Below, one piece after another: positions 1-8,059 of a stretch of DNA of 32,350 nt. The notes beneath the pieces were generated by a model. It was given only the letters and a program-made list of their open reading frames with translations, did not search any database and had not been told where the DNA came from. Made by a program: the position numbers and the translations under genes. The first letter of the stretch is position 1. Every line of letters begins with the position of its first letter. The stretch covers positions 1-32,350 of the forward strand of contig JAGVWJ010000010.1 of the NCBI GenBank assembly GCA_018304385.1. Reading direction: 5' to 3'. The DNA is from Candidatus Micrarchaeota archaeon. GTDB taxonomy: Archaea > Micrarchaeota > Micrarchaeia > Anstonellales > Bilamarchaeaceae.

Positions 1-558
1 ACTGAAAATCGCGAAAAAGTAATGAAAGAATGCGAGAAAATAAAAAAAATGCTTAGCGAAACTTACTCGATTAAGCTTGATGATAGTGAGAGTACTCCTG
101 GATATAAATTTAATCACTGGGAAATGAAAGGCATTCCATTTCGTATAGAACTAGGCGAGCGCGACATTGCAGATAATTCATGTATTTTAGTTAGGCGGGA
201 TAATAGGGAAAAAATAAAAGTAAAGATTAATGATATACCAAAAAAAATTAATGAATTGAAAGAAATTTATAATAAAAGTTTGCTAGATCGAGCAGATAAA
301 TGGTTTAAAGAAAAATTAAGTAAAGCAAATTCAATTGATGAGTTAAACACTACTTTAGATAAGAACGCTGGCTTCGTTCGTGTTTCATTTTGCACAGATC
401 AAATGCAAAGCGAGGCATGTGCTGATATCGTAAAAGATAAATGCAAAGCAAATGTTCGTGGTTCGCTTTATAGTAGCAAAGATGTGCCGAAAGCAGAGAA
501 ATGCATTGCATGCGGCAAGAAAGCAGAGATTTATTTATATGCTGCGAGGCAATATTAG
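1..558 (+). CDS. proS: Prolyl-tRNA synthetase, archaeal/eukaryotic type, C-terminal part (5' truncated by window edge)
   Basis: Frame is open from base 1. Anticodon-binding motif 'PGYKFNHWEMKGIPFRIELGERD', Zn-binding CxxC 'KCIACGKKA' and terminal 'YAARQY' are typical of ProRS. Confidence 0.92.
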   Translation, partial: TENREKVMKECEKIKKMLSETYSIKLDDSESTPGYKFNHWEMKGIPFRIELGERDIADNSCILVRRDNREKIKVKINDIPKKINELKEIYNKSLLDRADKWFKEKLSKANSIDELNTTLDKNAGFVRVSFCTDQMQSEACADIVKDKCKANVRGSLYSSKDVPKAEKCIACGKKAEIYLYAARQY

Positions 559-589
559 TTATGTTTTATAAATACCGAATGGTGGGCTT

Positions 590-2902
590 ATGTTAGAAAT
601 TATCTCAGGCTTCATAAACCAAAATTTAAAATTCATAAATCTTTTACTTATTCTTATTATTCTATTTTTTATAAAAGATTTTCTTTATGAAGCTGCTTGG
701 CTAGCAGCAATATTAATCCCTTATTTTCTTTTGACCTATAAGTGGGATCTTAGTTTGTTAGAACGCGCTTTGCTCTCATTACCATTGGCAGCACTTTCTA
801 TGAATATTCTATATCTGCTTGCTGTTTGGAGCATCCCAATAACAGGTTTTCTGATTTATGCTGCGGTATTCGGTTTGCCTTTGATTGTTGCATTTGCTTT
901 TTATAGGGATAAATTTCTTGCTGATATTAAAATTATTATGGTCAACCATCTAAAAAATGTAAATTTTATGTTTGTTGCTATAATTATAATAGTAGTTTTA
1001 TTTAGTTATCATCGTCTTTTAAATTTTGAGCTTATTCCGATGGGGGATGCACCAGGACACATTGCAAGATTATACTTTGTAACAGATTCCCTCCTATATC
1101 ACGAAACAATATTTGATTGGTACGACAAGCAACAACTTGGTTACCCTATATTCACATTTGATCCGCCACTATCTTTTCTTTTTGGAGGTGTATTCTATTT
1201 CTTTGTAGGTGGAGATGTTATAAAAAGTTTTAATTTTTTGTTTTTGTCATTTATTGTTTTTATTGCACTTGGCATTTTTCTGCTATCTCGTTATATTTTT
1301 AGAAGTAGCTGTTGGGGGTTTGCAACTTCCTTGGTATTTAATATAACCCCCCTTTTTGTATTCCTTTTTTATGTTTCAGGGATTTATAAAAATTTATTTG
1401 GATTTGTTTCAATGCCAATATTTTTATATTTTCTAAAATCAATAAATAAGAATCAGCTGGATAGATTTTGGTTGATCTTACTTCTCCTAGTGTTTGCTTT
1501 TTTGGCTCACCCCTCGGTTGGCCTGGTTCTATTAATATTCATTCCATTCTTTTGTGGTGATAGTTATAAGTCTACCTTAAAAAATCTTTTTAGTGTGGTC
1601 AGTTATTTATTTAAATTATACTTCTTTTTCTTTTTTTTAACTGTCTTTTTCTTTGTACCAATAATCACTTATTTTGGGTATACTGCTGTGTCACCTGAAG
1701 CCAGTTTTAATGTTGATCTAGACAACGTCTATCAAATCATAGTAAGATCTCTGTTTTCTGAACCAACAATTAGTGATTTAAATTTTAATGTAGGGTTTCT
1801 TTACGGTTTATTTTTTTTAGCTTCATTTTTTATAATAATTTATGATCATTTTGTTGCTAAAATAGAAAAAGAATTAACTACCACTATACTTTTCTCTATT
1901 CTTGGCTTAGTATTTGTAACTTTGGTAAGTTGGCTAGAACTAATCGAAAGAGTCTTTGTTGGTATTGAGAGAACATTGCCGTTTTTTATTCTTTCTTATA
2001 GCTTTGTGATCATTTATCTATTCCGTAGGGTTTTCTATTACTTTAAGAGTAAGGTTAATACCTACTCTATTCTTACTATCTTTGTATTATTCTTATTTGT
2101 TGCGCATTACATTTTTCTAACAAATGAGAAAATTGGTATTTTTGGCGACGAAGTATTTTATTTGATGAAGCAGACTATAACAGCTAATCCTAGTTCTTTT
2201 AACTGGAGTTCAAGGTTGATATATTATGGTACCCGCGTTAGTTCTATATATAGTGCATTTAATATTTTTGCTCACGCATCTACTAACGGGAGAGATTTTT
2301 CTCAAGGTCAGCATACAAATATAAATATGCGGCTAAGTAGGAGTGAATACACCGGAGAAATTCTTCCAACTAGCATAAGTGAGGGGGATGCTGTAAAATT
2401 ATTTAGAATGACAAATACTAACTATATATTATTTAACACCTGCTACGCTCCAGGTGTAGATTCATTTATAAAATTTTCTTCATGCGAAAACTGTAAGTTT
2501 AAGGAAAAGATAATCTTTAGTAATTGTCTACATGTTTTGGTTCTGGATTCTTCTTTTCTAGAAGGTTCGAACATTATCCCAACAGAAGCCAATTATGATT
2601 CTTTAAATTTAGAAAAAGTTGATTACACAAGAAAAAATCCAGAAGAGATTCTAATCAAAAATCCAAAATCAAAATATTTATTTGTAAAGGAGGAATACTT
2701 CCCACGTTGGCATGCCTTTCAAGAAGGTATCGGTGAAGTTCCAGTAACAATGTCAGATTTAGGTCTTATGATTGTTGAGAATAAGAATGGAAAGGATATA
2801 GCTCTAAAATATGAATTATTTTTATGGGAAAAACTATTATTTCTTATTAGCATCGGTAGCATGGTTATTTTAATTTATTATCCTAATGAAAATTTAATTT
2901 AA
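590..2902 (+). CDS. Polytopic membrane protein, PTPS-related/YfhO-like, probable GT-C fold glycosyltransferase
   Basis: More than 10 hydrophobic segments. Loop 'MGDAPGHIARL...WYDKQQLGYPIFTFDPPL' and C-terminal 'LFVKEEYFPRWHA' followed by a final TM helix fit this family. Confidence 0.62.
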   Translation: MLEIISGFINQNLKFINLLLILIILFFIKDFLYEAAWLAAILIPYFLLTYKWDLSLLERALLSLPLAALSMNILYLLAVWSIPITGFLIYAAVFGLPLIVAFAFYRDKFLADIKIIMVNHLKNVNFMFVAIIIIVVLFSYHRLLNFELIPMGDAPGHIARLYFVTDSLLYHETIFDWYDKQQLGYPIFTFDPPLSFLFGGVFYFFVGGDVIKSFNFLFLSFIVFIALGIFLLSRYIFRSSCWGFATSLVFNITPLFVFLFYVSGIYKNLFGFVSMPIFLYFLKSINKNQLDRFWLILLLLVFAFLAHPSVGLVLLIFIPFFCGDSYKSTLKNLFSVVSYLFKLYFFFFFLTVFFFVPIITYFGYTAVSPEASFNVDLDNVYQIIVRSLFSEPTISDLNFNVGFLYGLFFLASFFIIIYDHFVAKIEKELTTTILFSILGLVFVTLVSWLELIERVFVGIERTLPFFILSYSFVIIYLFRRVFYYFKSKVNTYSILTIFVLFLFVAHYIFLTNEKIGIFGDEVFYLMKQTITANPSSFNWSSRLIYYGTRVSSIYSAFNIFAHASTNGRDFSQGQHTNINMRLSRSEYTGEILPTSISEGDAVKLFRMTNTNYILFNTCYAPGVDSFIKFSSCENCKFKEKIIFSNCLHVLVLDSSFLEGSNIIPTEANYDSLNLEKVDYTRKNPEEILIKNPKSKYLFVKEEYFPRWHAFQEGIGEVPVTMSDLGLMIVENKNGKDIALKYELFLWEKLLFLISIGSMVILIYYPNENLI

Positions 2903-2939
2903 AAACATGAAAAGATAAATTTGCAAAGGTGTTTCTTAA

Positions 2940-3800
2940 ATGTTAACTGAACTTATAGAAGTTGCAAGGCCCAAACAATGGTATAAAAATCTCATTGTAT
3001 TTGCCGCGATTTTCTTTTCTGTAAATATTTTTAATTTTGACATGTTTTATGCTACTACCTTAGCTTTCATAGCTTTATGTTTTCTTTCTAGTGGTTCTTA
3101 TGTTATAAATGATATAATTGATGCTGATACTGATAAGTATCATGACAATAAAAAGAAAAGACCTATCGCAGCAGGCAAAATATCTTCCAAGATTGCAATA
3201 TTGTGGGCAGTTCTACTACTCCTAATTGGATTCATAGTGTCTTCATATATCAATAGATCTTTTTTCCTTATTTCAGCTATTTTAGTATTACTTATGCAAT
3301 CATATAACCTTATTTTCAAAAATATTCCATTTGCAGATGTTTCAGTACTATCCACTAACTTTATGTTAAGGGCATTTGCTGGAGCTGTTGCAATAGATGT
3401 CCCATCTTCACCATGGCTTATACTGGGTGCTTATCTACTTGCATTATTTCTTAGTATCGCAAAAAGGATCTCTGATATGCGCGCATTAGGAAAAAAAGCA
3501 ATATATTATAAGAAAGTTTTTAGTGTTTATACTCCTGAGATATTGGATAAATTCCTTATTATGTCTGCCACACTTTTGTTTATAACCTATTGTCTATATT
3601 TGTTCCTTAGGGCACATCTTAATTTATTATTAGTTATGGCAACAATCCCAATAACCTTTTTTCTTATTTTTAGATACTATTATATTTCTATTCATAATGG
3701 AGATCTAACCCGCGACCCAGAAAAAGTATTTAGCGATATACAAATGGTTATTGGGATGTTATTATGGCTCGTTATACTTTTCATTGGTTTCTATGTTTAG
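2940..3800 (+). CDS. UbiA-family prenyltransferase, polyprenyl-phosphate phosphoribosyltransferase (DPPR synthase-like) subgroup
   Basis: 'RPKQWYKNLIVF' N-terminus, 'NDIIDADTDKYH..KKKRPIAAG' Asp-rich motif and 'FLSIAKR' motif. Confidence 0.85.
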   Translation: MLTELIEVARPKQWYKNLIVFAAIFFSVNIFNFDMFYATTLAFIALCFLSSGSYVINDIIDADTDKYHDNKKKRPIAAGKISSKIAILWAVLLLLIGFIVSSYINRSFFLISAILVLLMQSYNLIFKNIPFADVSVLSTNFMLRAFAGAVAIDVPSSPWLILGAYLLALFLSIAKRISDMRALGKKAIYYKKVFSVYTPEILDKFLIMSATLLFITYCLYLFLRAHLNLLLVMATIPITFFLIFRYYYISIHNGDLTRDPEKVFSDIQMVIGMLLWLVILFIGFYV

Positions 3801-3838
3801 TTTATATGTTTTATTGAAAATAATTACAGTGATTCAAC

Positions 3839-4912
3839 ATGTCAAAACCAATAGTTGCCACTGTTAAAACAACCCCAGAAACAATCTTAGATGATTACGC
3901 TAAAGTTATGCACAATGCCAATTATAATAAAAAAATAAAAAAAGATATAACAACACTCCTAAAGCTTAATTTATCCTGGTCCCTATACTTCCCTGCTTGT
4001 TCTACGCAGCCTTGGCAACTTGAGGCGGTTATCCGCACCATGCAGCTTGATGGATACAAGAATACTTTACCAGTGGAAAACGAAACAGTAGTAACAATAC
4101 CAAGAAAAGGTGCAGCACTTAACAAATGGGATTCTATATTCAAAAAATATAAGCTAAATTTTCAGCCTCTTAATGAAGTAGAATGGGTTAGATATAAAGC
4201 AAAAGGAGAGATACTTGCACTTTATGATATTTTTGGTGAGAATGGACACGAAATACCAAAGATGTTTATTGGCAAAAATGTAATTCACCTACCTACTATG
4301 AAATGCCATGGGCACACAGTAATAACAGGCGCAATAAAAAATGCATTTGGTGGTTTGATAACAAAAAAAAGACATCATTGCCATAAAAGAATACATGAAG
4401 TGCTTGTTGATTTACTTACCATTCAGAAAGAGATACATCCATCAATATTTGCTGTAATGGACGGTACTATCTGCGGCAGTGGTGCCGGGCCAAGAACAAT
4501 GATCCCAGTTGATAAAGGATATGTGCTAGCTAGTGAGGATCAGGTTGCGATTGATGCTATAAGTGCAAAAATGATGGGTTTTGATCCAATGCAAATACCT
4601 TTTCTTAAGATTGCGCATGATAAAGGATTAGGCTGTGCTGATTTAGACCAAATTGAAATTGTTGGAGAGCGAATAAAACATATTAATTTTGGTTTTAAGA
4701 CTGGTAAAAGTCCAATTATATTTTGGGACCAGGTATTCAGAAAAGGTGCACTTTCCTTTTTAGAACCGTTGCTATTTCATACACCATTGTTTAAGTTCTG
4801 TATTTGGGCTTCAGAAACTTACCACGATAACATATGGTACCCAACAATCGGTAAAAAGAGAATAGCGGATTTTTCTAAAACAAGATGGGGCAGGCTGTTT
4901 GATAGATACTAA
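3839..4912 (+). CDS. DUF362 domain-containing protein
   Basis: 'LPTMKCHGHTVITGAIKNAFG' and 'DQVAIDAISAKMMGFDP' motifs are characteristic of DUF362. Confidence 0.78.
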   Translation: MSKPIVATVKTTPETILDDYAKVMHNANYNKKIKKDITTLLKLNLSWSLYFPACSTQPWQLEAVIRTMQLDGYKNTLPVENETVVTIPRKGAALNKWDSIFKKYKLNFQPLNEVEWVRYKAKGEILALYDIFGENGHEIPKMFIGKNVIHLPTMKCHGHTVITGAIKNAFGGLITKKRHHCHKRIHEVLVDLLTIQKEIHPSIFAVMDGTICGSGAGPRTMIPVDKGYVLASEDQVAIDAISAKMMGFDPMQIPFLKIAHDKGLGCADLDQIEIVGERIKHINFGFKTGKSPIIFWDQVFRKGALSFLEPLLFHTPLFKFCIWASETYHDNIWYPTIGKKRIADFSKTRWGRLFDRY

Positions 4913-4913
4913 A

Positions 4914-5567
4914 CTACAGAAGTTTTTTTATCATCTTGACAATTTTTGTTCCAACATGATAGAAGATGCTATTTTGTTTTCCCTGTATCAAGGTTCTTCT
5001 TGATAACAAATGTTTTCTTAGCTCTTCTTCATCACTAAATTCAGGTATAATTGTGATGCCCTTTCCAAGCTCTGATACGAAATGAGAATCGCTACCAGCG
5101 GTTATTGTCTTATTATGTGATTTAGCAAATGATAATGCCTTATCAACATCTTTCCATAAAACTATTCTTGAATTATAAGCTTCTATTCCATCAATTCTTT
5201 TAAGATCGCTATCGTTTATATTCGTAGGATCAAGATGTTTCCTTAATCTATCAAAAGGATGTGGGATTATTGAAATTGCACCCTGTTCTTTTATTCTGTC
5301 TAAAACCTCTGTTAATGTTCCAGGTTTGATTTTCTCGTTAACAAACAATGCAATAATCTCGCCATTATCAATATCAATCTCTTCCCCACAGATAAGACGA
5401 ATTCTATTTTCAGATTTTAAACTAAGATAACCTTCTATGCTATTATGATCGGTTATGGCAATTCCATTCAATCCTATTTTTAATGCTCTATTGACGAGTT
5501 GTTTTGGGTCAGTAAATGAATCTCTAGAAAATTTAGTGTGATTGTGAAGATCAAATCTCGAATCCAT
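4914..5567 (-). CDS. PHP-domain metal-dependent phosphoesterase
   Basis: 'DLHNHT', 'AITDHN', 'PHPF' and 'GSDSH' PHP motifs. Confidence 0.87.
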   Translation of the reverse strand: MDSRFDLHNHTKFSRDSFTDPKQLVNRALKIGLNGIAITDHNSIEGYLSLKSENRIRLICGEEIDIDNGEIIALFVNEKIKPGTLTEVLDRIKEQGAISIIPHPFDRLRKHLDPTNINDSDLKRIDGIEAYNSRIVLWKDVDKALSFAKSHNKTITAGSDSHFVSELGKGITIIPEFSDEEELRKHLLSRRTLIQGKQNSIFYHVGTKIVKMIKKLL

Positions 5568-5629
5568 TTAAAAGATTAGTTACGTAACATATTTAATCAG
5601 TTCTTGTTCTAAATAAAATAAATCCTATT

Positions 5630-5782
5630 AGCCCCGTCGTCTAGTGGTCTTGTTGTTTAACACCATAAAAGGATGCCAGCCTTTGGAGCTGGATACATCG
5701 GTTCGAATGAACTTTTTTAGGGAAAAAAGTTCACAAAAAACTGCTTCGTTAATGGAAGCATATGAAAATCCGATCGGGGCTA
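5630..5782 (+). tRNA. tRNA-Gln(UUG) with two non-canonical introns: D-loop 5650-5668 (19 nt) and T-loop 59/60 5708-5768 (61 nt)
   Basis: Acceptor stem AGCCCCG/CGGGGCT plus A73. Anticodon arm CCAGC-CTTTGGA-GCTGG. T stem ATCGG/CCGAT. Cutting at the BHB bulges (GTGG/CCAT helix; TTCG/TGAA helix) restores GTCTAGTGGTCAAGGAT and TTCGAAT. Confidence 0.92.
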
Positions 5783-5794
5783 CTTATTTTTTCC

Positions 5795-5836
5795 CTCACA
5801 CAGTAGAGACATGGGGTTCAATTCCTCACGAGCCCA
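5795..5836 (+). pseudogene. Orphan 3' half of a tRNA-Val(CAC)-like gene (anticodon loop to discriminator)
   Basis: Parses as CT-CAC-AC / AGTAG / AGACA / TGGGG-TTCAATT-CCTCA / CGAGCCC-A. I did not find a matching 5' half (GGGCTCG...) in the window. Confidence 0.6.
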
Positions 5837-5865
5837 TTTTTAATTTTATTTGAATAAATCAAGTT

Positions 5866-6444
5866 ATGCAAAAAAGGCTTCTTTCTATTTATAAAGAATT
5901 GTTAAATCAATTCGGCCAGCAAAAATGGTGGCCTGCTGATTCTGCTTTTGAAGTAGTTGTTGGCGCGATATTAACTCAGAATACTAATTGGAAAAATGTT
6001 GAGAAGGCGATAGCAAATTTGAAAAATGAAAATAAGTTAAATGAAAAAGCGATATTGGAAATAACTATTAGCGAATTGGAAAATTTAATCCGCTCCAGCG
6101 GCTTCTATAAACAAAAGGCAGAGCGGTTAAAGCTTGCTACTAAAAAATGGTTCGAACTTAAAGATAAAAATGATCTATCTATTGATGTGCTTCGCAAAGA
6201 ATTATTATCAGTTAAAGGAATAGGAAAAGAAACGGCAGATTCTATCATTCTTTACGCCTTCGAGAAGCCAATTTTTGTTATTGATGCGTATACACGAAGA
6301 TTTTGCAAAAAATATTTTAATTTTGAATCCAAAAATTACGATGAATATCGCACTTTTTTCGAAGATAACCTGTCGCAAGATTTAGAACTATTCAAGGAAT
6401 ATCATGCGCTTATTGTGGAATGGGCGAAAAATACAAAATCATAG
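5866..6444 (+). CDS. HhH-GPD family DNA glycosylase (endonuclease III-related, no Fe-S motif)
   Basis: 'WWPADSAFEVVVGAILTQNTNW', HhH 'LLSVKGIGKETAD' and 'FVIDAYTRR'. No C-terminal Cys cluster. Confidence 0.85.
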   Translation: MQKRLLSIYKELLNQFGQQKWWPADSAFEVVVGAILTQNTNWKNVEKAIANLKNENKLNEKAILEITISELENLIRSSGFYKQKAERLKLATKKWFELKDKNDLSIDVLRKELLSVKGIGKETADSIILYAFEKPIFVIDAYTRRFCKKYFNFESKNYDEYRTFFEDNLSQDLELFKEYHALIVEWAKNTKS

Positions 6445-6445
6445 T

Positions 6446-6898
6446 TCAATCTATACCTAATTCTTCCTCTAATCCTGCAATCTTAACAGCTAAATAGAGC
6501 TGCCTCACCCTACTAACTATCTCAAATCCAATCGCGTATATTACTGGAAGTAAAGGGGGTGCAAAAAGCACTGGATCCCCTAATTCGTGCTGTATAAGTT
6601 TATTTATTGTAAATGGGTTTCTAAAGGCTTCTTCGATACCAACAATAACTTCTAGGAATAGCATACTTGCTGAAACCTTAAGTGCAATATCCCAAACTCT
6701 AAACATCTGTCTCTCGACGTCGAATTCTTTTCCTTTTGTTTCTATTAATTTTTCTCTTTTTTCAGTGCGGATTTCCACCATATCTCTATTATCTGGCTGC
6801 TTTTCTATCTTCTCTTTGAATTTACCAGCTATTCTGCTGAATGTTGGAGCGTATCTTCTGATTCCGGTTTGAGTTTTATCAGTAAATATTAGTTTCAT
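6446..6898 (-). CDS. Hypothetical protein with two hydrophobic segments; shares N-terminal leader with 6909..7757
   Basis: 150-aa ORF with AAGGTGG RBS upstream of the ATG. Confidence 0.7.
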   Translation of the reverse strand: MKLIFTDKTQTGIRRYAPTFSRIAGKFKEKIEKQPDNRDMVEIRTEKREKLIETKGKEFDVERQMFRVWDIALKVSASMLFLEVIVGIEEAFRNPFTINKLIQHELGDPVLFAPPLLPVIYAIGFEIVSRVRQLYLAVKIAGLEEELGID

Positions 6899-6908
6899 TT
6901 ATGCCACC

Positions 6909-7757
6909 TTATTTCGTTCTATAATCAAACTTTCCTTTGTATCTTTTTATTGCTCTATTAAGTTCCTCTACTTTTTTAGTTGTAAATGCGTTAGCCTCAA
7001 CAATATAATTGTTAAAAGCCGGAGAACCAGTAAAATCAATGTTAGTTGACACATGTCCTGTAGAAAGAGTGACTGCAAGGCCGTGCATTGCTTCCATTGC
7101 CCGCTTCGTACTATCGTCCATACGTTCTGGTATTTTCAAACTTTCAGTCATTCTTTTTTGAAAGTTCCTCACTTTAGCTCCTTCCGTTGGTTTGTCTTTA
7201 GAGGATAATAGATCTGTTATCTGTGTCCTAAGCTGTGTGTCTGAAATTCCATTTTCTCTCGCCGTGTTTCTTGCGGTATATAATAACAGTTCTTCAAGAA
7301 GTACAAGTAACTCATCAAGATCACTAATCAAACTATGAAATATGCTCCACCCGGTTTGACCATTAGAAAAAGTATCTTCTCCATGTTCGTATAAATAAAG
7401 CTGATAATCGCCTGCTTCGATACTTGCCTCTATGAATTTTACTTGTTCCCCAGTTAGATATTCCTTGTATTGCATAATTTCTCTAAGTGACTCAATTGCT
7501 CTTTCCATCTCAGGTCTAAAATAATTTGCATTCGTAAACATTCTTGAATATTTAAAACAGTTTTCGTGTAAATCAATCGATGCTTTAAGTAGAGTACTAA
7601 GGAACTTTGCCCTTTTCTCTTTTACTGTTTCCTCGACCTTCTCAATTTTTTGCTCTTTTTTAGTTGTTTCTTCTTTCAAAACACCGAATGCTCTAGCGAA
7701 TGTCGGAACATGTCTCTTAATTCCGGTTTGATTTTTATCAACCAGTAACAATTTCAT
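6909..7757 (-). CDS. Hypothetical helical protein; shares N-terminal leader with 6446..6898
   Basis: Long ORF. The GTG at 7766 lies in the AAGGTGG RBS, so the ATG at 7757 is the preferred start. Confidence 0.75.
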   Translation of the reverse strand: MKLLLVDKNQTGIKRHVPTFARAFGVLKEETTKKEQKIEKVEETVKEKRAKFLSTLLKASIDLHENCFKYSRMFTNANYFRPEMERAIESLREIMQYKEYLTGEQVKFIEASIEAGDYQLYLYEHGEDTFSNGQTGWSIFHSLISDLDELLVLLEELLLYTARNTARENGISDTQLRTQITDLLSSKDKPTEGAKVRNFQKRMTESLKIPERMDDSTKRAMEAMHGLAVTLSTGHVSTNIDFTGSPAFNNYIVEANAFTTKKVEELNRAIKRYKGKFDYRTK

Positions 7758-7927
7758 TTTAACCACCTTATTTAATCTTCTCTAACACTAACGGCGATTC
7801 TTATATATTTTAATATTTCTAACAAAAATTTCAACAAAATTAGAAAGATTTATATACTTTTTCTTATTATGTAGTATACCTCCTCGGATAAAAGAGGCAA
7901 GGGAACCCAGTTATCCTCCCCTCCCCT

Positions 7928-7960
7928 TGAAGCTTTTAGGAAAAGCTTCACCAAAACTGC
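7928..7960 (+). repeat. Family A hairpin element, intergenic copy
   Basis: TGAAGCTTTT-AGG-AAAAGCTTCA perfect 10-bp stem followed by CCAAAACTGC. Matches the copies at 5708, 22561, 24197 and 31966. Confidence 0.8.
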
Positions 7961-8000
7961 GAGTAAAAAGTTCATTTTCATAAAATCCTCCCGAAATAAG

Positions 8001-8035
8001 AATCAAAACTCACGACTCAAAACTCAAGACCCATG
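8001..8035 (+). repeat. Family C heptamer array (ACTCAnn variant, 5 units)
   Basis: AATCAAA ACTCACG ACTCAAA ACTCAAG ACCCATG, just upstream of the Lrp start. Confidence 0.6.
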
Positions 8036-8059
8036 ATTAGCCTTAGACCAGTTGGCTGA

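Noticed and set aside
5644-5853. 69-aa ORF in the track
   Set aside because: It lies over tRNA-Gln, its introns and the tRNA-Val fragment, and has no protein features.
7860-7927. Purine/pyrimidine-rich stretch upstream of family A copy 7928 as an ncRNA
   Set aside because: Only weak 4-5 bp pairings and no second copy or known motif.
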